Positions 39,771 through 52,956 of a stretch of 64,000 nt of DNA are shown piece after piece. Within the stretch, counting starts at the first letter, position 1. The number at the start of each line of letters is the position of its first letter. This DNA comes from Octopus vulgaris. Its lineage: Eukaryota. The stretch spans positions 620,001 through 684,000 of the forward strand of contig OX597836.1 in the NCBI GenBank assembly GCA_951406725.2, given 5' to 3'. The notes under the pieces were generated by a model. The model had not been told where the DNA came from and ran no database searches. It saw only the letters and a program-made list of their open reading frames with translations. Both the position numbers and the translations under genes were made by a program.

Positions 39771-41035
39771 TAATTAGTGCTCCATTATATATACACTCTA
39801 TCATTACAAATGAAGTAAGCCTGCAGTGGAACATTTCTTTCTCATCTTCAAAGATTCATGAATCATCTCTCACTATAATACAGCATCATACCATCTGCCA
39901 TTTGCTTTGAGGGATGGAAAAGTCCTCTGTTGCCAGTTCACTATTCATTTTTGACTAGTTCATACTCTGGCTACTATGCTGCTAGGCAGAAGCTATAAAC
40001 TCTTCTAGGGAGCTACATGGGCACTGCAGGTGGCCAGGCAACTCTCTAGAATTTCTAGTATTTCACATGTGCTCTTAGTAGTTATTGTTTCTGCATAACT
40101 GCTACATGTAAATTCTACCTTCTCTGTTTTCCTGCCTGTAATCCATACACAGAGAGAGAGAGAGAGAAGGGGAACAGGGAAAGAGGAGAGGAAGAACATG
40201 AAATGACAAAAAGCTAGATTAACAGAGAGAAAAAGAGACAAACAAAATAAAAATGGAGATAAATTCAGTGATTCCTGACTGAGAGGATATTGGGTTAGGG
40301 TAGGGTGTAGATGTTGTGATGGAGATCAGATTAGCTAGCCACAAATTAATTAACACAAATATTTAATGTTTTAACACAAAGCTAACATATGTTTAATAAC
40401 ACCCTAACATACATCCTATTTATAAAATTATACACATATACTATACACTCGCATATTCATACATCCTCAACACATAATTAAACACATTTACCCCATAAAC
40501 CTCCTCATATTTACTCTCTCTTCATGCACATAGCTACACATGTTGACACACACAAACATGCACTTAGATACACAAGCATCACGTATACATAAACATGCTC
40601 ACTCACACAGACATGCACATAGGTAGAAGCATCATGTACACATACACAGAAACATATGTAAACACAAAGACATACACAGATATGAACATGCAGATACACA
40701 CACTCACCTACACACGCACACACACACCTACACACACCCACACCTCTGCATATACAAGGTTAACTGTACTTGTTAAGTGATTAGTGGTTGGCTTAACATC
40801 CAAGGATTAATGCTGCAATTGCCAATCTGACTTAATCCCTAGATAAAGAAGGATTATTTCAAAAAGCTGAACAAAGCAAAACAAAAACAAGCAACTATGA
40901 AAATTATATTTATTTTTATATATATTCATGAGCTGATAAGAGGCTTGATAAGGATGAGGATTGCAGCAACAGCAGCAGCAGCTCCCTTCCACATTCTATC
41001 CAACACAATAACCAAGTATTGTGAGGTAGATAAAT

Positions 41036-41208
41036 CAGGGCTGTCTTAACATCAATACAGGCCCCTGGGAAAACCAATGCCTTGAACCCTTTAATATTTA
41101 TTTATTTATTGACATCAAGTCATAACACACATAGATTAGAATTGGGCCCCTAGGTAAGTGAGGCCCCCAAGTGACAGCCCATGGTGTGCATGCCTTAAGT
41201 TGGCACTG
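41036..41208. mobile_element. hAT-like MITE
   Basis: Imperfect TIRs cagggctgtcttaa / ttaagttggcactg with subterminal ggcccc motifs. Confidence 0.45.
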
Positions 41209-43142
41209 GTGGGGATTATCTTGGTTTTCATGATGGTGAACAGTTGTTCATATATAGGATACTAGTTGTATTACTGGTTGTGTTTACCATTATATCCTTT
41301 CTTTACATTGTAATGGTAGAGAAAAGTTCAACTTGGCATTACAAATTAATGGAACCCTCAACAGTTTCAGCATTTTGTTTGGATGACTATAGGATAAAGT
41401 GTACCATCCTGTGATATCTATCTGTAGCTAAGTAGTTTGAATGCAACGGTGAAATATGCCACCCTATGTTTTGTATTCGAATCCATCAAGACAAAGGAAC
41501 AACAGTGAAATGTAACTTCATACGATTTTGATTCTTAACCAAATGGACTGGACTCTCATAATGAAAATGACTTACCATTTCAATTTATTTACAATCAGTT
41601 CAATTAGAAAATAACATCCTAGTAGACTCAAGAACAACAGAGAACTGTAGTCCACAGAACTGACAGTCTCAGGAATTTCAAATAACCAAGGAGGCAGATG
41701 CATCTCTACAATAAAATCCTCAAGGAAATGGTTTCTGAATCTGAAAGACACTATTGAAGCTAGATGGAGTTGCTCATTAGCAACAATTTCTCTCCATATT
41801 CGCATTGGGATTGATGTAGAGTTGATCAAACATTTAAAACACTAATCCACTCTGGTTCCTTTCCAAGTAAAACAGGGAGCACAATAAGGTTCAGGTCACT
41901 CCTACAGATGGCAAGATATTCTAAATACAAACTGTGCTTTGTTGACCTTACATAAAGATCAAGAAGTCTTAAATTAGAATTGTTCATGTTGTTACTTAGC
42001 AATAGGTCAACTCTGATTGAGCAGATTTTAGCATCAATGACATTATGTCAGTCAGCTCATCTTTTCAGAAGTATACTGAATCATATTATGCAGTGTGTCC
42101 TTTCTTTCCCAAGATAGTAGAATGCAATTTAAGGGAGGTTTGGCTGCAAATTTTAGCAGCTTGAGTGACATGTAGAGGCAGATTTACCTTTAATCAGGTA
42201 TGACTGAACAATCATATGAGGCAAAAGTGTTGCTTCTTATACTGTTGTTTTGTATATATATTTAAGACTACATTCTCCAAAGTTTTCTTTTTTTTAATAT
42301 GGCAGAGTGTTATTTTAAACTATATTTTACTCCTGTTTCTAGCAAGCTAAGCAACTGCTTAGGCTTCTTTGTTGGTCTATATGTGAACTGATTTGTGAGT
42401 AGGTGTATATAAGTGGGTGGGATGGGTGGATGGACAAAACAAAATTCTACTTTCAAACAAAAAATTCATTCTTCAATTCTGATGTCATATCAAAAAATAA
42501 TGTGAAAATGAAACCAGAAATGACAAGTCTGATAATTATAAGAGGAAAAACATTCTACTGGAGTCTGATTTATAGACTTTGTGGTTATATAGTTAGTTCA
42601 GCTGAAGAAGACCTTGCGATAGCTAAGTAAAATAGTTTGGTATTGAGTACACCAAAACAATACAGTAAAGTAAGGTTCAATTATAGAAGTATTCCAAGAA
42701 TTAATTCAGAAAAAGTCAGTTTTTGCTTTCAATATCTTGAATCATGAAAAAGCAAAACAAAACAACAAAACTATCAGAATGAAACAAAAAAAAAAGGCAC
42801 AAGAAATAAAAGAAATTACCAACACCAAACTGTAACACAAACACGAACATTAAAATGTTAAATCGATTTTAATATAGGCAAGCCACTGACTAGTACTTGA
42901 CTGGTATTTATTCTATCAACATGAGAAGGGTTAAAGTCTAAAAATAACCCCTGTATATTTGGAAGACAGAACATTAGATAAGGGACATAACCACCGAATG
43001 CAATGCATTTTGTCTGACATCAAATGCTAAATGAAATTCTATGAAATTACTTTTATTTTACATGTGGTGATACTGCTTTTCTTTGAGAGAATAAAAATCA
43101 ATCAGTTCACCAATAAAGCTAGACAAGACAGTTTCAAATTAC

Positions 43143-43220
43143 CTTGTATGCCCTAAAAAGTAGATACAGTTCTCTGGGCTTTGCATCCATGGGCAAACCA
43201 CTGACAAAGAGTGTACGGAC
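43143..43220 (-). CDS. cpo: Coding exon A (78 bp, phase 0/0) of an RBPMS/couch potato-family RRM protein: [26 protein letters not shown]
   Basis: Minus strand reads ctattttcag|GTCCGTACA...GCATACAAG|gtaatt. The peptide is the RNP2/alpha1 start of the cpo/RBPMS/MEC-8 RRM and is visible inside ORF 43134..43325. Confidence 0.96.
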
Positions 43221-43589
43221 CTGAAAATAGACAAGACATACATAAGATATGCAGCATATTTGAATTATATACATATCAAAATACATATAAAATTTACAAT
43301 TAATTAAGCAATTAAACACTTTCAAATAGAATAAAAGGTCCTTTAATGTGAGTGGTGCAATATATACATGTGATTACATGAGAAAATATATATGTGCATG
43401 CATATATTTTAAGTGTTGGGTCTGTTCCTAGCAGTAGGCTGATAAAGCCCAGTTTCTGCCTATGGATACCTGATGTCAGCCATGGTAATTACATAGTTGT
43501 CACTGGATCTACCTCAGGAATTCCTCAGTGTACATTGAGTATAAAACAAATGATAGAGGCAGAAAATGGAATACATGGGAAACTTTATT

Positions 43590-43733
43590 GCTCACAACAA
43601 TTGTTTCGATATATCCTGCATTGATCCCTTGCAGCGGGAATACTACGACTACTATATGACTACTTGCGGTGCGTCCCTTGGTGTGGAAGCATCTTTTTAG
43701 GTGATGTAATAAGAAATATCACATTAAATGAAC
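43590..43733 (-). ncRNA. Relic hammerhead motif with a very long helix II region
   Basis: Minus strand: GUUCAU-UUAAUGU-GAUAUUUC...GAUAUAUC-GAAA-C-AAUU-GUU^GUGAGC. All three helices can form, but the 5' core has 3 substitutions. Confidence 0.35.
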
Positions 43734-43918
43734 TCTGTTTTGCTCAAATTTGATACAGCCTGTTGTTTGTGACTGTAAGTTTGAACTGATGGGCAGGAAT
43801 GACACAGGACAGATTCTGCTGCAAATTTATAGATACAGACAGGGAGTAAATAACAAAAATAAGACGAATAAGAATACGACTGTGTATATATGTATGTGGG
43901 TGTGTATATGTTTGTTTG

Positions 43919-43966
<48 letters not shown>

Positions 43967-44909
43967 CATACACATATATACACACACACACATACACACA
44001 CACACACACACACAGGCCTTTAATCCTTTATCCTTTACTTGCTTAAGTCATTAACTGCAGATATGCTGGGGTTACTGCCTTGAAGGGTTTTAGCCAAATG
44101 TATTAACCCTTGTACTTATTTTTTTAAAGCCTGGTACTTATTCTATCAGCTGCTTTTGCCAAACCTGTAAGTGGTGGTGGTGGGACAAAGGCAAAGACAT
44201 ACACACACACACACACAACAAAATTACTTCAGTTTTCATTTACCAAATCCACTGACAAAGCTTTGGTAGCTGGAGGCAATCATAAAAGACATTTATTTGC
44301 CCAAGGGGCCACACAGTAGGACTGAACTTGGAAACAAGTCTTTCAACAATCAGATATCCCCACCCTGACGACCCATCTAGAATTGATTAAGCTCCAGCTT
44401 GTGTCCGAATAGCACTAACCCCTGTACTATTGCTCCTTCTGGATTGCTTACCTCCTGATCAACTGGCAGTTATAGGCAGCCTCTTAATTATGTCCCTTGG
44501 CCTCAAAGTGTCTCTCAGATGGTATAAGGTTTCAAGAATTTTCAGGAAATGTGTGCTGTCTACCTCCATAAAAGACCTATACATAAAATACTTCTACACC
44601 ATTGCCAACCTGTAATCCCTGCACATGTTTCCAGACAACTTTTGCTACCTTACAATGTTACACCATCTCAGAAACACTCTGGGGCCAAGGGACATAACTC
44701 TTGATATCATTCTTATAGCTTCATTCCATTGCTTTAAACAGCACCCACGAACAGGAGAGCAGACACAATATTTTTTCATACCCACCAGCTCTGAAGAATG
44801 TGCAGTATTATTCAACTGTGCTGTTACCTAACATCCACTGTTAATAACCACTCAGAAACCGATTTATAAGATTGCCCATAATGGATTTATAATACTGTAT
44901 ACTTCTTTA

Positions 44910-45148
44910 CAGTGGTTCTCAACTGGGGTTCATACAAGATTTTGTTAAAATTGGTGTGAAATAAACTGGATCTGCTTCAACAAATAAAAAAAAAATATCT
45001 TAGTCATTTTTTAAATACAATTCCTTATAATATTTAATTAAAAAAATATAATGGGACTTTTTTTAAAACATTGAACAGCTATGGGGGGCCACTTGAGTAA
45101 AATATGAATCAAAAGGGTCCGTGAGTAAAAAGTGGTTGAAAACCATTG
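44910..45148. mobile_element. hAT (Charlie-like) MITE
   Basis: TIRs cagtggttctcaac / gttgaaaaccattg; 239 bp; non-coding. Confidence 0.7.
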
Positions 45149-45654
45149 CTTTGATATATGCATATAAAGTTCTGGGTTTGGCTTTAAACTGCATTTGACA
45201 GTGGGGTTTTGGTTCAGGAGATTCAGGGTTCTGAGCAGTGTGGAACCACATCTTAGCCATTCTTGTTTCAGGTCAATTTTTGACCTAAGAGCAATAGCAT
45301 TTGTCATGGTCCTACACATATTAGCAATGGGATATAGAAATATTTGGGTTGTTGCCTGAGGATGCAGTAAACCCACTAGGAGTGGAGGACCCTTGGTTTT
45401 TGTTAAGACATCTCTCTAGGAGAAGGCTAACTTGTATATAAAACCTACTGAGTTGATATCTTGCACTTTGCTAGTCTCTGGATTTCTTGGTATTGCTAGT
45501 GGTGTTGTGCAAACTGCACTTGACTTAAAAACTCTTTCATGGGCATAACTGACACTTATCTGTCAACAATGGTCATACTCATATGAGTAGACAGCCATCA
45601 TTTATATCTGCCTGTCTGTCTGTCTATTTATCTATCTAATTACCTATCTCTCAC

Positions 45655-45732
<78 letters not shown>

Positions 45733-47718
45733 TATGCACACACATGCACAACATACACATTAAATAAGGCCCTGATCTTGCAAGAAAATTTTCTCCTCTC
45801 TTGGTTGGACATTGACATTGCTTAAGCAGCTAGAAAAATGATCTTTTAATACCAAGTATTGGTCCCATATTTTCTATGTAGACCTCTTCAGTATCACCAG
45901 GGATTCCTCAAGCTCTGCTCAGATTACAGACCTTGTTGGTCATTTTCTTCTCCCTCAAATAAACCAGCACTTTCCTAGCCTAACTGGAGGTTTATACAGG
46001 AATGATGGTCTTCTCACAACCACTAGTATATCTTGGCCATCCATTGAATGTATCAGGAAGGCCTTTCACAAGTTATTTAAAAATTTTAATCTATCTCATT
46101 CAAAAACTGTACTAAAGTAGCTAACCTCTTTATCTAAGTTTATATCTTTATAATCATCTATATATTTCTTCACTAGAGCTCATGATAAATGTGAATGTTT
46201 GTAAGCATGCCTTTACATGCTTGCATGTATGGACATATACACTTATGGGTATATATGTATGTGTGTATGTACAAACGTATGTATGTAGATACAATCACTG
46301 TATTTGAAATTGAAACAAATAGGTCATTATGCTGTTTGTCCTCTGTTTTCTGTTTTGGGATATAGAATATAGCCCAGGGTTATAATACAAAACACTATAC
46401 AGCCCAAGATGTCATACAATGGCACTGAAATTGAAACCCTGCTTGCAATGCAAACTTCTTAAGCATACAACCGTGTCTGTACATAATATGTGTGTGTGTG
46501 TGTGCGTGCACGTGCATGCCACACACACACACACACACATGCACTCACACATATCATATAGCGGTGGAAGGAGGTAAACTGATTAAGACAGTAACGGAGC
46601 ATCAGTTGGTGTTAATCTGAGATGGCCAAACCCCACATCACCCAACATTACACCATGTCATTTTATATCACCTGTACAGTTAATCAGCTTAAATAAGATA
46701 TATATCTTTCTCGTTTAATACTTTAACAATATTAATTACACTCACACACCTTAAAGCAATGTCACATTGTGTTGTTATTGCATTATTGGCGTTATGAATG
46801 GTTTGGCTTGAAGGTATAGCAGATAGATGGTGTTGGTAGAATCCATTGACAAGTTAGAGGATCAATTCTTGTCAGTGGTATCGTAATCTTCAATGACTCT
46901 CTGGATATATGAGTGTAAATAGGCAACACATGGTGCTTTTGTTCATTGCTAATCAACAACCTGCTCAATATAGTATCCAATCAAGTATCTTTTGGTAAGC
47001 TCATTATTGTCTTAGACATAGAAACTGCATTAATAGTTAAAGAACTGTGTACTCAGTCAATCTGCTTAATAAAACAGCAAACATTTCCCACAACAATGTA
47101 ACTTTCCTGTGGTTGCATGACCTGCAGAATGCCACAGCCATAAACTTTCTACTTTATCTAAAGCAGAAGCAATATGAACTACTCTGGATATGAGATAATC
47201 ATAGATAGCCATGAATGGATGACAGCAACTCGGAACACAAACCAGTAGAGAAAACCATTCTACTTTTGATACTATGAATCTTTATTTTACTGCTGGTGAA
47301 TTATTAGTGACTATCAATGAACCACTTATGATGATAACCCTATGATATTTGCAACTGTATAGTTACTCATCCTTACTTGATGTGTCTAGCAGCTACATTG
47401 CCCTAAACAGACATCCAACAAGCTTTAAAATAGGGAGCGAGATATGGAATATCTACATTGTCAGTTTAACTGTGTAATTATTAACAATATCTTTTACTAT
47501 CTCTAAACTAGTAAAATAGGAAGTATGTGAGCCAGCAAGGCAGTTTCCATGCTGCATAGTTGGCTCCTCATCTGAAAATACATTCTAACAATCTTTTACA
47601 ATTTGAACTAAATAATCACTGAGGTCACTGAGAGAAGTTCGTAGAGTTGCAACAGCACTTTCAGCATACAATCTTCTATTCATGTACACATCTCTCTCTC
47701 TCTCTCCACACACACACA

Positions 47719-47766
<48 letters not shown>

Positions 47767-48354
47767 AGGTAAGGTATAAATAATGTCCATTACATATTTT
47801 TTATTTATTAGAATAAATTTGGTTTACAGCTGTTTCCAGTAGTCAGTATGGGTATGTTACTGATAGGTTTACTCAATTGGTCCATTGAGCAATTGAGAAA
47901 AATTGAACGACCTAAGAAATTAATGCTACTTTCATCAGAACCATTTCTGGTTATAACAAAGCAGAACACTGAAGGAATGGTACGTGCATGGGTGAGGGAA
48001 GAAGAGAGAAGGAAATAGGCGAGTGGAATAAAGATAAATAGGAAAGGGGAAGACAAGTTATGCTTTGGAAGGGAAGTATTAACATGGAGGAAAGAAAAGA
48101 AAAGAGGAGGGAATAGAAAGACTAAAGAAATGTCTGGAAGTCCTGGGTATTCGACCTTAATTCACACATCTCAGTCCGAAGAATCAAGCAAAGTTTCTTC
48201 ATGCACAGCGCTGGTCTCTACCATACCCCTCCTCCTGCAACACACTGTCCCTTTGTCAGCTCTCTCTCTCCTGCCAATTACTAGCCTGCACTCCCCTGGT
48301 TTTAAAGGTATCATGAAAGGCCTGGTTGGAGGCCCAGCCCTCCAACTTCTTTTA

Positions 48355-48490
48355 CAGGGCTTAGAAAAACTGAAGGACCACTGCAATAAGCGTGTAAATC
48401 TGAGAGGGGAATATATTGAATAAAATCATAATTGACTGATCCTCATGTAGTTTCTTTTACCCAAAGTTCGGAACTTTTCAGCACCTCATC
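48355..48490 (+). mobile_element. Mariner 3' end remnant
   Basis: GLEKLKDHCNKRVNLRGEYIE* followed by a TIR-like cggaacttttcagcacctc. Confidence 0.6.
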
Positions 48491-48827
48491 ATATATGTGT
48501 ACATACATACATACACACATGTATACATACATACACATTCATACATACCTGTACACACACACACACACACACACATATATATTTCATTAGTCCATTTTAT
48601 ATCTGTGTTTCCCTGCTAGCATGGGTTAGATGAGTATGTTATTGAGGTATTGTCTTGTAGCTGGATGCCTTTCCTGCCACTAACTCTTATCTGTTTTCCA
48701 AGTAAGGGGACTCTTATTTCATGTGTCTCTGAAGTGAGCAGATGATTTGTTGACAAGAAAAGTGCCAATAACACAGCTCATAATGAGCAAATTTCATAAT
48801 GCACAAATGTCACCAAACACACATGCA

Positions 48828-48863
<36 letters not shown>

Positions 48864-48864
48864 G

Positions 48865-48937
<73 letters not shown>

Positions 48938-49165
48938 CATATATACACACACACATTATGTAATATAATTTCAATTGTTTTTTATAACTGAAATTTTAGT
49001 GAAATGACTTTCTACATCGAGGGTGGAAATGGTGCTAGTTTTGTCTGTTTCTTTCAAAATATCTAGAAATACTTCCAGTTATATAATGGTCTCATGTTTT
49101 CTCTATCTATATTTGTAAATATATGAGAGTATAAATATGTGTGTGTGTGTGTGTGTGTGTGTACA

Positions 49166-49243
<78 letters not shown>

Positions 49244-49362
49244 TATTGGCATCCTTTCTGTCTCGGGAGACAATGGAGTTGCGCATGAAGTAGTCTAGTC
49301 TGGCTTTTATATTTCATGTCCTGATACATTTCCTGCTGTAGCTGTGTAGTCCTATAAATTCA

Positions 49363-49394
<32 letters not shown>

Positions 49395-49411
49395 TATATA
49401 TATATATATAA

Positions 49412-49498
<87 letters not shown>

Positions 49499-50534
49499 AA
49501 TTTATAAATACCTTAATGCAGTTACACATAGATACACACATGTTTGTTGGTATGTTTATGCATATGTATGCACATACACACACATACATGTGTGTGTGTG
49601 CATTTATGTGCAAAAGTGTTGATGTATTCATAAATTCAAAATTTCATAGACAATATCAAGGAAATTGGGAGAGTAGTGGAGGTGAGAGGGTGTGTGTGTG
49701 TGTGATAAGACGTGTGTATGTATGTGTGAGAGTGAGAGATGGGGAATATTCTGCAATAGGGGTGGTAGTGACTTAATCCTTAATGATTTTTCTATGATTC
49801 ACATTTAAGACCTTTTGATCCACTTTTCAACCCTCACACATAACACACACACACACACACACGCACGCACACACACACACATACACACACACACAAACAC
49901 AACTCAATTTCAAACAACCATTACAGCAACAGCAACCACAACTATCACAACAATAAAGACCAGCCAATCTTGTTGGCAGCTAGTTACATCTTGACAGGAT
50001 ACTGTCAGTATTAATCTCTTAATCCTCTTTTCACCTTTGGCAGTCAAAAAAGAAAATGTTATTTTTATTAATATTATTATTATTATTATCATCATCATCA
50101 TCATTACTATAAGGATGGTGTCTTGTAGTACTGTTGCTGACAAATGCTTTGCAGTATTTAGTTATGTCCCAAATTGAAATCCTACAGGGACTTGATAAAA
50201 TTAGGATCAATATATTTGGTTGTTCCCTCTTTAAAAAATTTCTGTCCTGATAAGAAACAATGACTTAGTATTAAGCTAGCAAACTGGAGAATTGTTAGCA
50301 TGTTGGGTAAAGTGCTTAACAGTATTTTCCTTGTCTTATGTTCTGAGTTCAAATTTCCACTGAGGTTGACTTTGTCTTTCATCCTTTGGGGCTTGATAAA
50401 ATAAATGCAAGTGAACACTGGGGCCAGTGTAACCCACTTATCCCCTTAATGTTCCTCTCTCTAGTGGCTATGGTGCAAGAAGTTGCATGGTGAATGGGCT
50501 GAAAGGATTGAGGAAAAATACCCTCCTCTTCAAC

Positions 50535-50879
50535 CAAGCTCTCATTGATTCTTTGAAGTTCCACTTGGAAAGAAAAGTCGGGGTGGGGAGGAGAGTACTA
50601 TCTCCCAGTGAGTTTGCAAAATGATTGGTGACTGCATCAGAAATGGTTAGAGTGAACTGACCTGCTTTAAGTATGTACCTATAAATTGGAGAGCAGGTGG
50701 GAGAGCTTGTATCTTTACTGGTTAGGATAATTCTGGATCTGCAGTTTCCTTGATTGGCCCTAGTTGGAGTTTCTCCTTTATCAGGAGGACTCTATCATTC
50801 ATGTTATCACATACTTTGTATATTGTTTCCTGTCCATGTGATGCCCACCTCATCTATACTACTGTGACTAATAAAAGAA

Positions 50880-50948
<69 letters not shown>
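50535..50948 (+). mobile_element. Probable LINE 3' end with AATAAA and (ATT)n tail
   Basis: Unique sequence ending in ctaataaaagaaattatcattatcatt(att)n; no clear protein motif. Confidence 0.35.
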
Positions 50949-52883
50949 TCTTATGTCTCTTTATGTTCTGTGTTCAAATTCTGGTAAAGTTTTGTCTTTC
51001 ATTCTTTCAAGTCAATAAGAACCAGTCAGGTTCTGGGGGTTCATTGAATATATATCTTTCCTACAAATGTATGGAGCGATATATAAGAAAATCATTACTG
51101 CTGTTATAGCTTTGACAGTTTCTACTGCAATACTAGGCACATCTGTGTATGGGTGGGGAGAGGTGAGTGTGTAGCATTGTCTTTTGGAGAAGCAGAATTG
51201 TATCTGCATGCTACACCAGTTTTATTTGAATGTAGGAGTGCTAGATAGTTTTATCTCCTGGTCAATTTGGAATATATTTATTACACTACTCCTGAAATAC
51301 TTTCTCATCAAAGTATTGGCCTTTTGCCTAGCAGACTACACTGCTAACTTCCTTGTGACTGTAAATATACTTGGATTTAACAAAGATTGGGCTTTTAGAA
51401 TGATGCAGTCAACTGTCTCATAGTACTGAGTGTATCGTCTGTATTTGACATTAAACCCCCACTTTTTTTTTTACCTTATTTTGACTTTGTAGTTATTTCT
51501 GGCTAGATTGTTCCTGTGTAGCTGGAATAAAACATTCTAATTCTGCTTATGGTTTAAAGTTTTGACTCATTGTAGGCTTCCACTCTCTTTTATTTCATAT
51601 CTGTTAAATTTTGTGGCCATGGAGTAGTTTTTCTATCTTTTTCTTTAGTTTCTTTTTTCTATTCATGTACTTTGGAGATTGTTATTATTGTCATCAAGTT
51701 TTGGCAGAACTGTTAGAAGGTTGGACAAAATACTTGATGAGATTCTGTTCTGTTCCCTTAACATTTTGAGTTTAAATATCTCAGTCATGGTAATGCTTCG
51801 ACAATGGTGAGTGTAGGATCAGTTGGTTGATATTTGCGGATGACATGGCACTGCTTGACTCATCATAAGGTGATCTTCAGCATGCCTTGAATGGGTTCAC
51901 TGCAGACGACTGCAAGGCAAAGATAAGAATTAACCTTGGGAAAAATGAGACCTCGGTTACTCAAGAAAGTCCCCAAAATTTCTGGCCTTGTGCCTAAATC
52001 ATCATCACCACCCTCATCATCATCATCGTTGTTGTCGTCGTCCTCATCATTATCACCATTATTATTGAAGCTCAAACATTACAAGTGAATTCAGATAATT
52101 AAAATTCCTTGCACTATTCTTTCTGATGGAGAGTGAATGCTTTAGAAATTTAGACATATGAGGCATTTAGATACAGAAATGTTCATCTGAAACTCCTATA
52201 GGTTGATAAGTGTAGAGAAGGTTAGAGTAGAGCTAGATTAATAGGGAGATACTGTTCTAAGAAGGAAATAGTCAGGAAAGTGTTTGATATGAGGTTTGAG
52301 AGGATGCAACAAAGCATGGAGAAGAGAGGAAAGAGGTCTCCATTGGTGAGTGAAAGTGCACGAGATTGAAAGCTAAAGAGACAAGACAATACATGAAGTG
52401 GAACATTTGACCCAATGTTCTGATGAAGAAAGTGTACATGTCCATGGTTTACTGGTACCATCGATATCAAATAGCATGTTTACACATGTAATAAAGAACT
52501 GTCAACTGATTCCATTATGAAGAGGTTGTATTGATATTGAAAAGAGATCTGTTGAGAAGGATGGGTGTTGATGAAGTAAACAATGTATAAGAGAGGATGT
52601 GTGCGTATGTGTATATTTGTGTGTGTGTGTCTGTATGAGCATGTGTGTGCTTGTAGTGCTAAGAGGGATGACAGCTTAACCAGACACAACTGTTTTTCCT
52701 TCATACAACATGAACGTACACAAATGTATATAACCTAATCCCCTCACCTATGTATATAACACTATCTTTACACACACACATACCTCAACAGAGCAACAAC
52801 CCCTAACAGTTACTTATCTCCTAATTTGTGTGCACACATACACACATTTCTTATCTCTCTACCTCTATCTCTGTCTGTCTGCC

Positions 52884-52956
<73 letters not shown>

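Noticed and set aside
45845-45895. CUGAAGA-GGUC...GACC motif on the minus strand
   Set aside because: GAAA is replaced by AAUA and helix I does not form; too degenerate to call.
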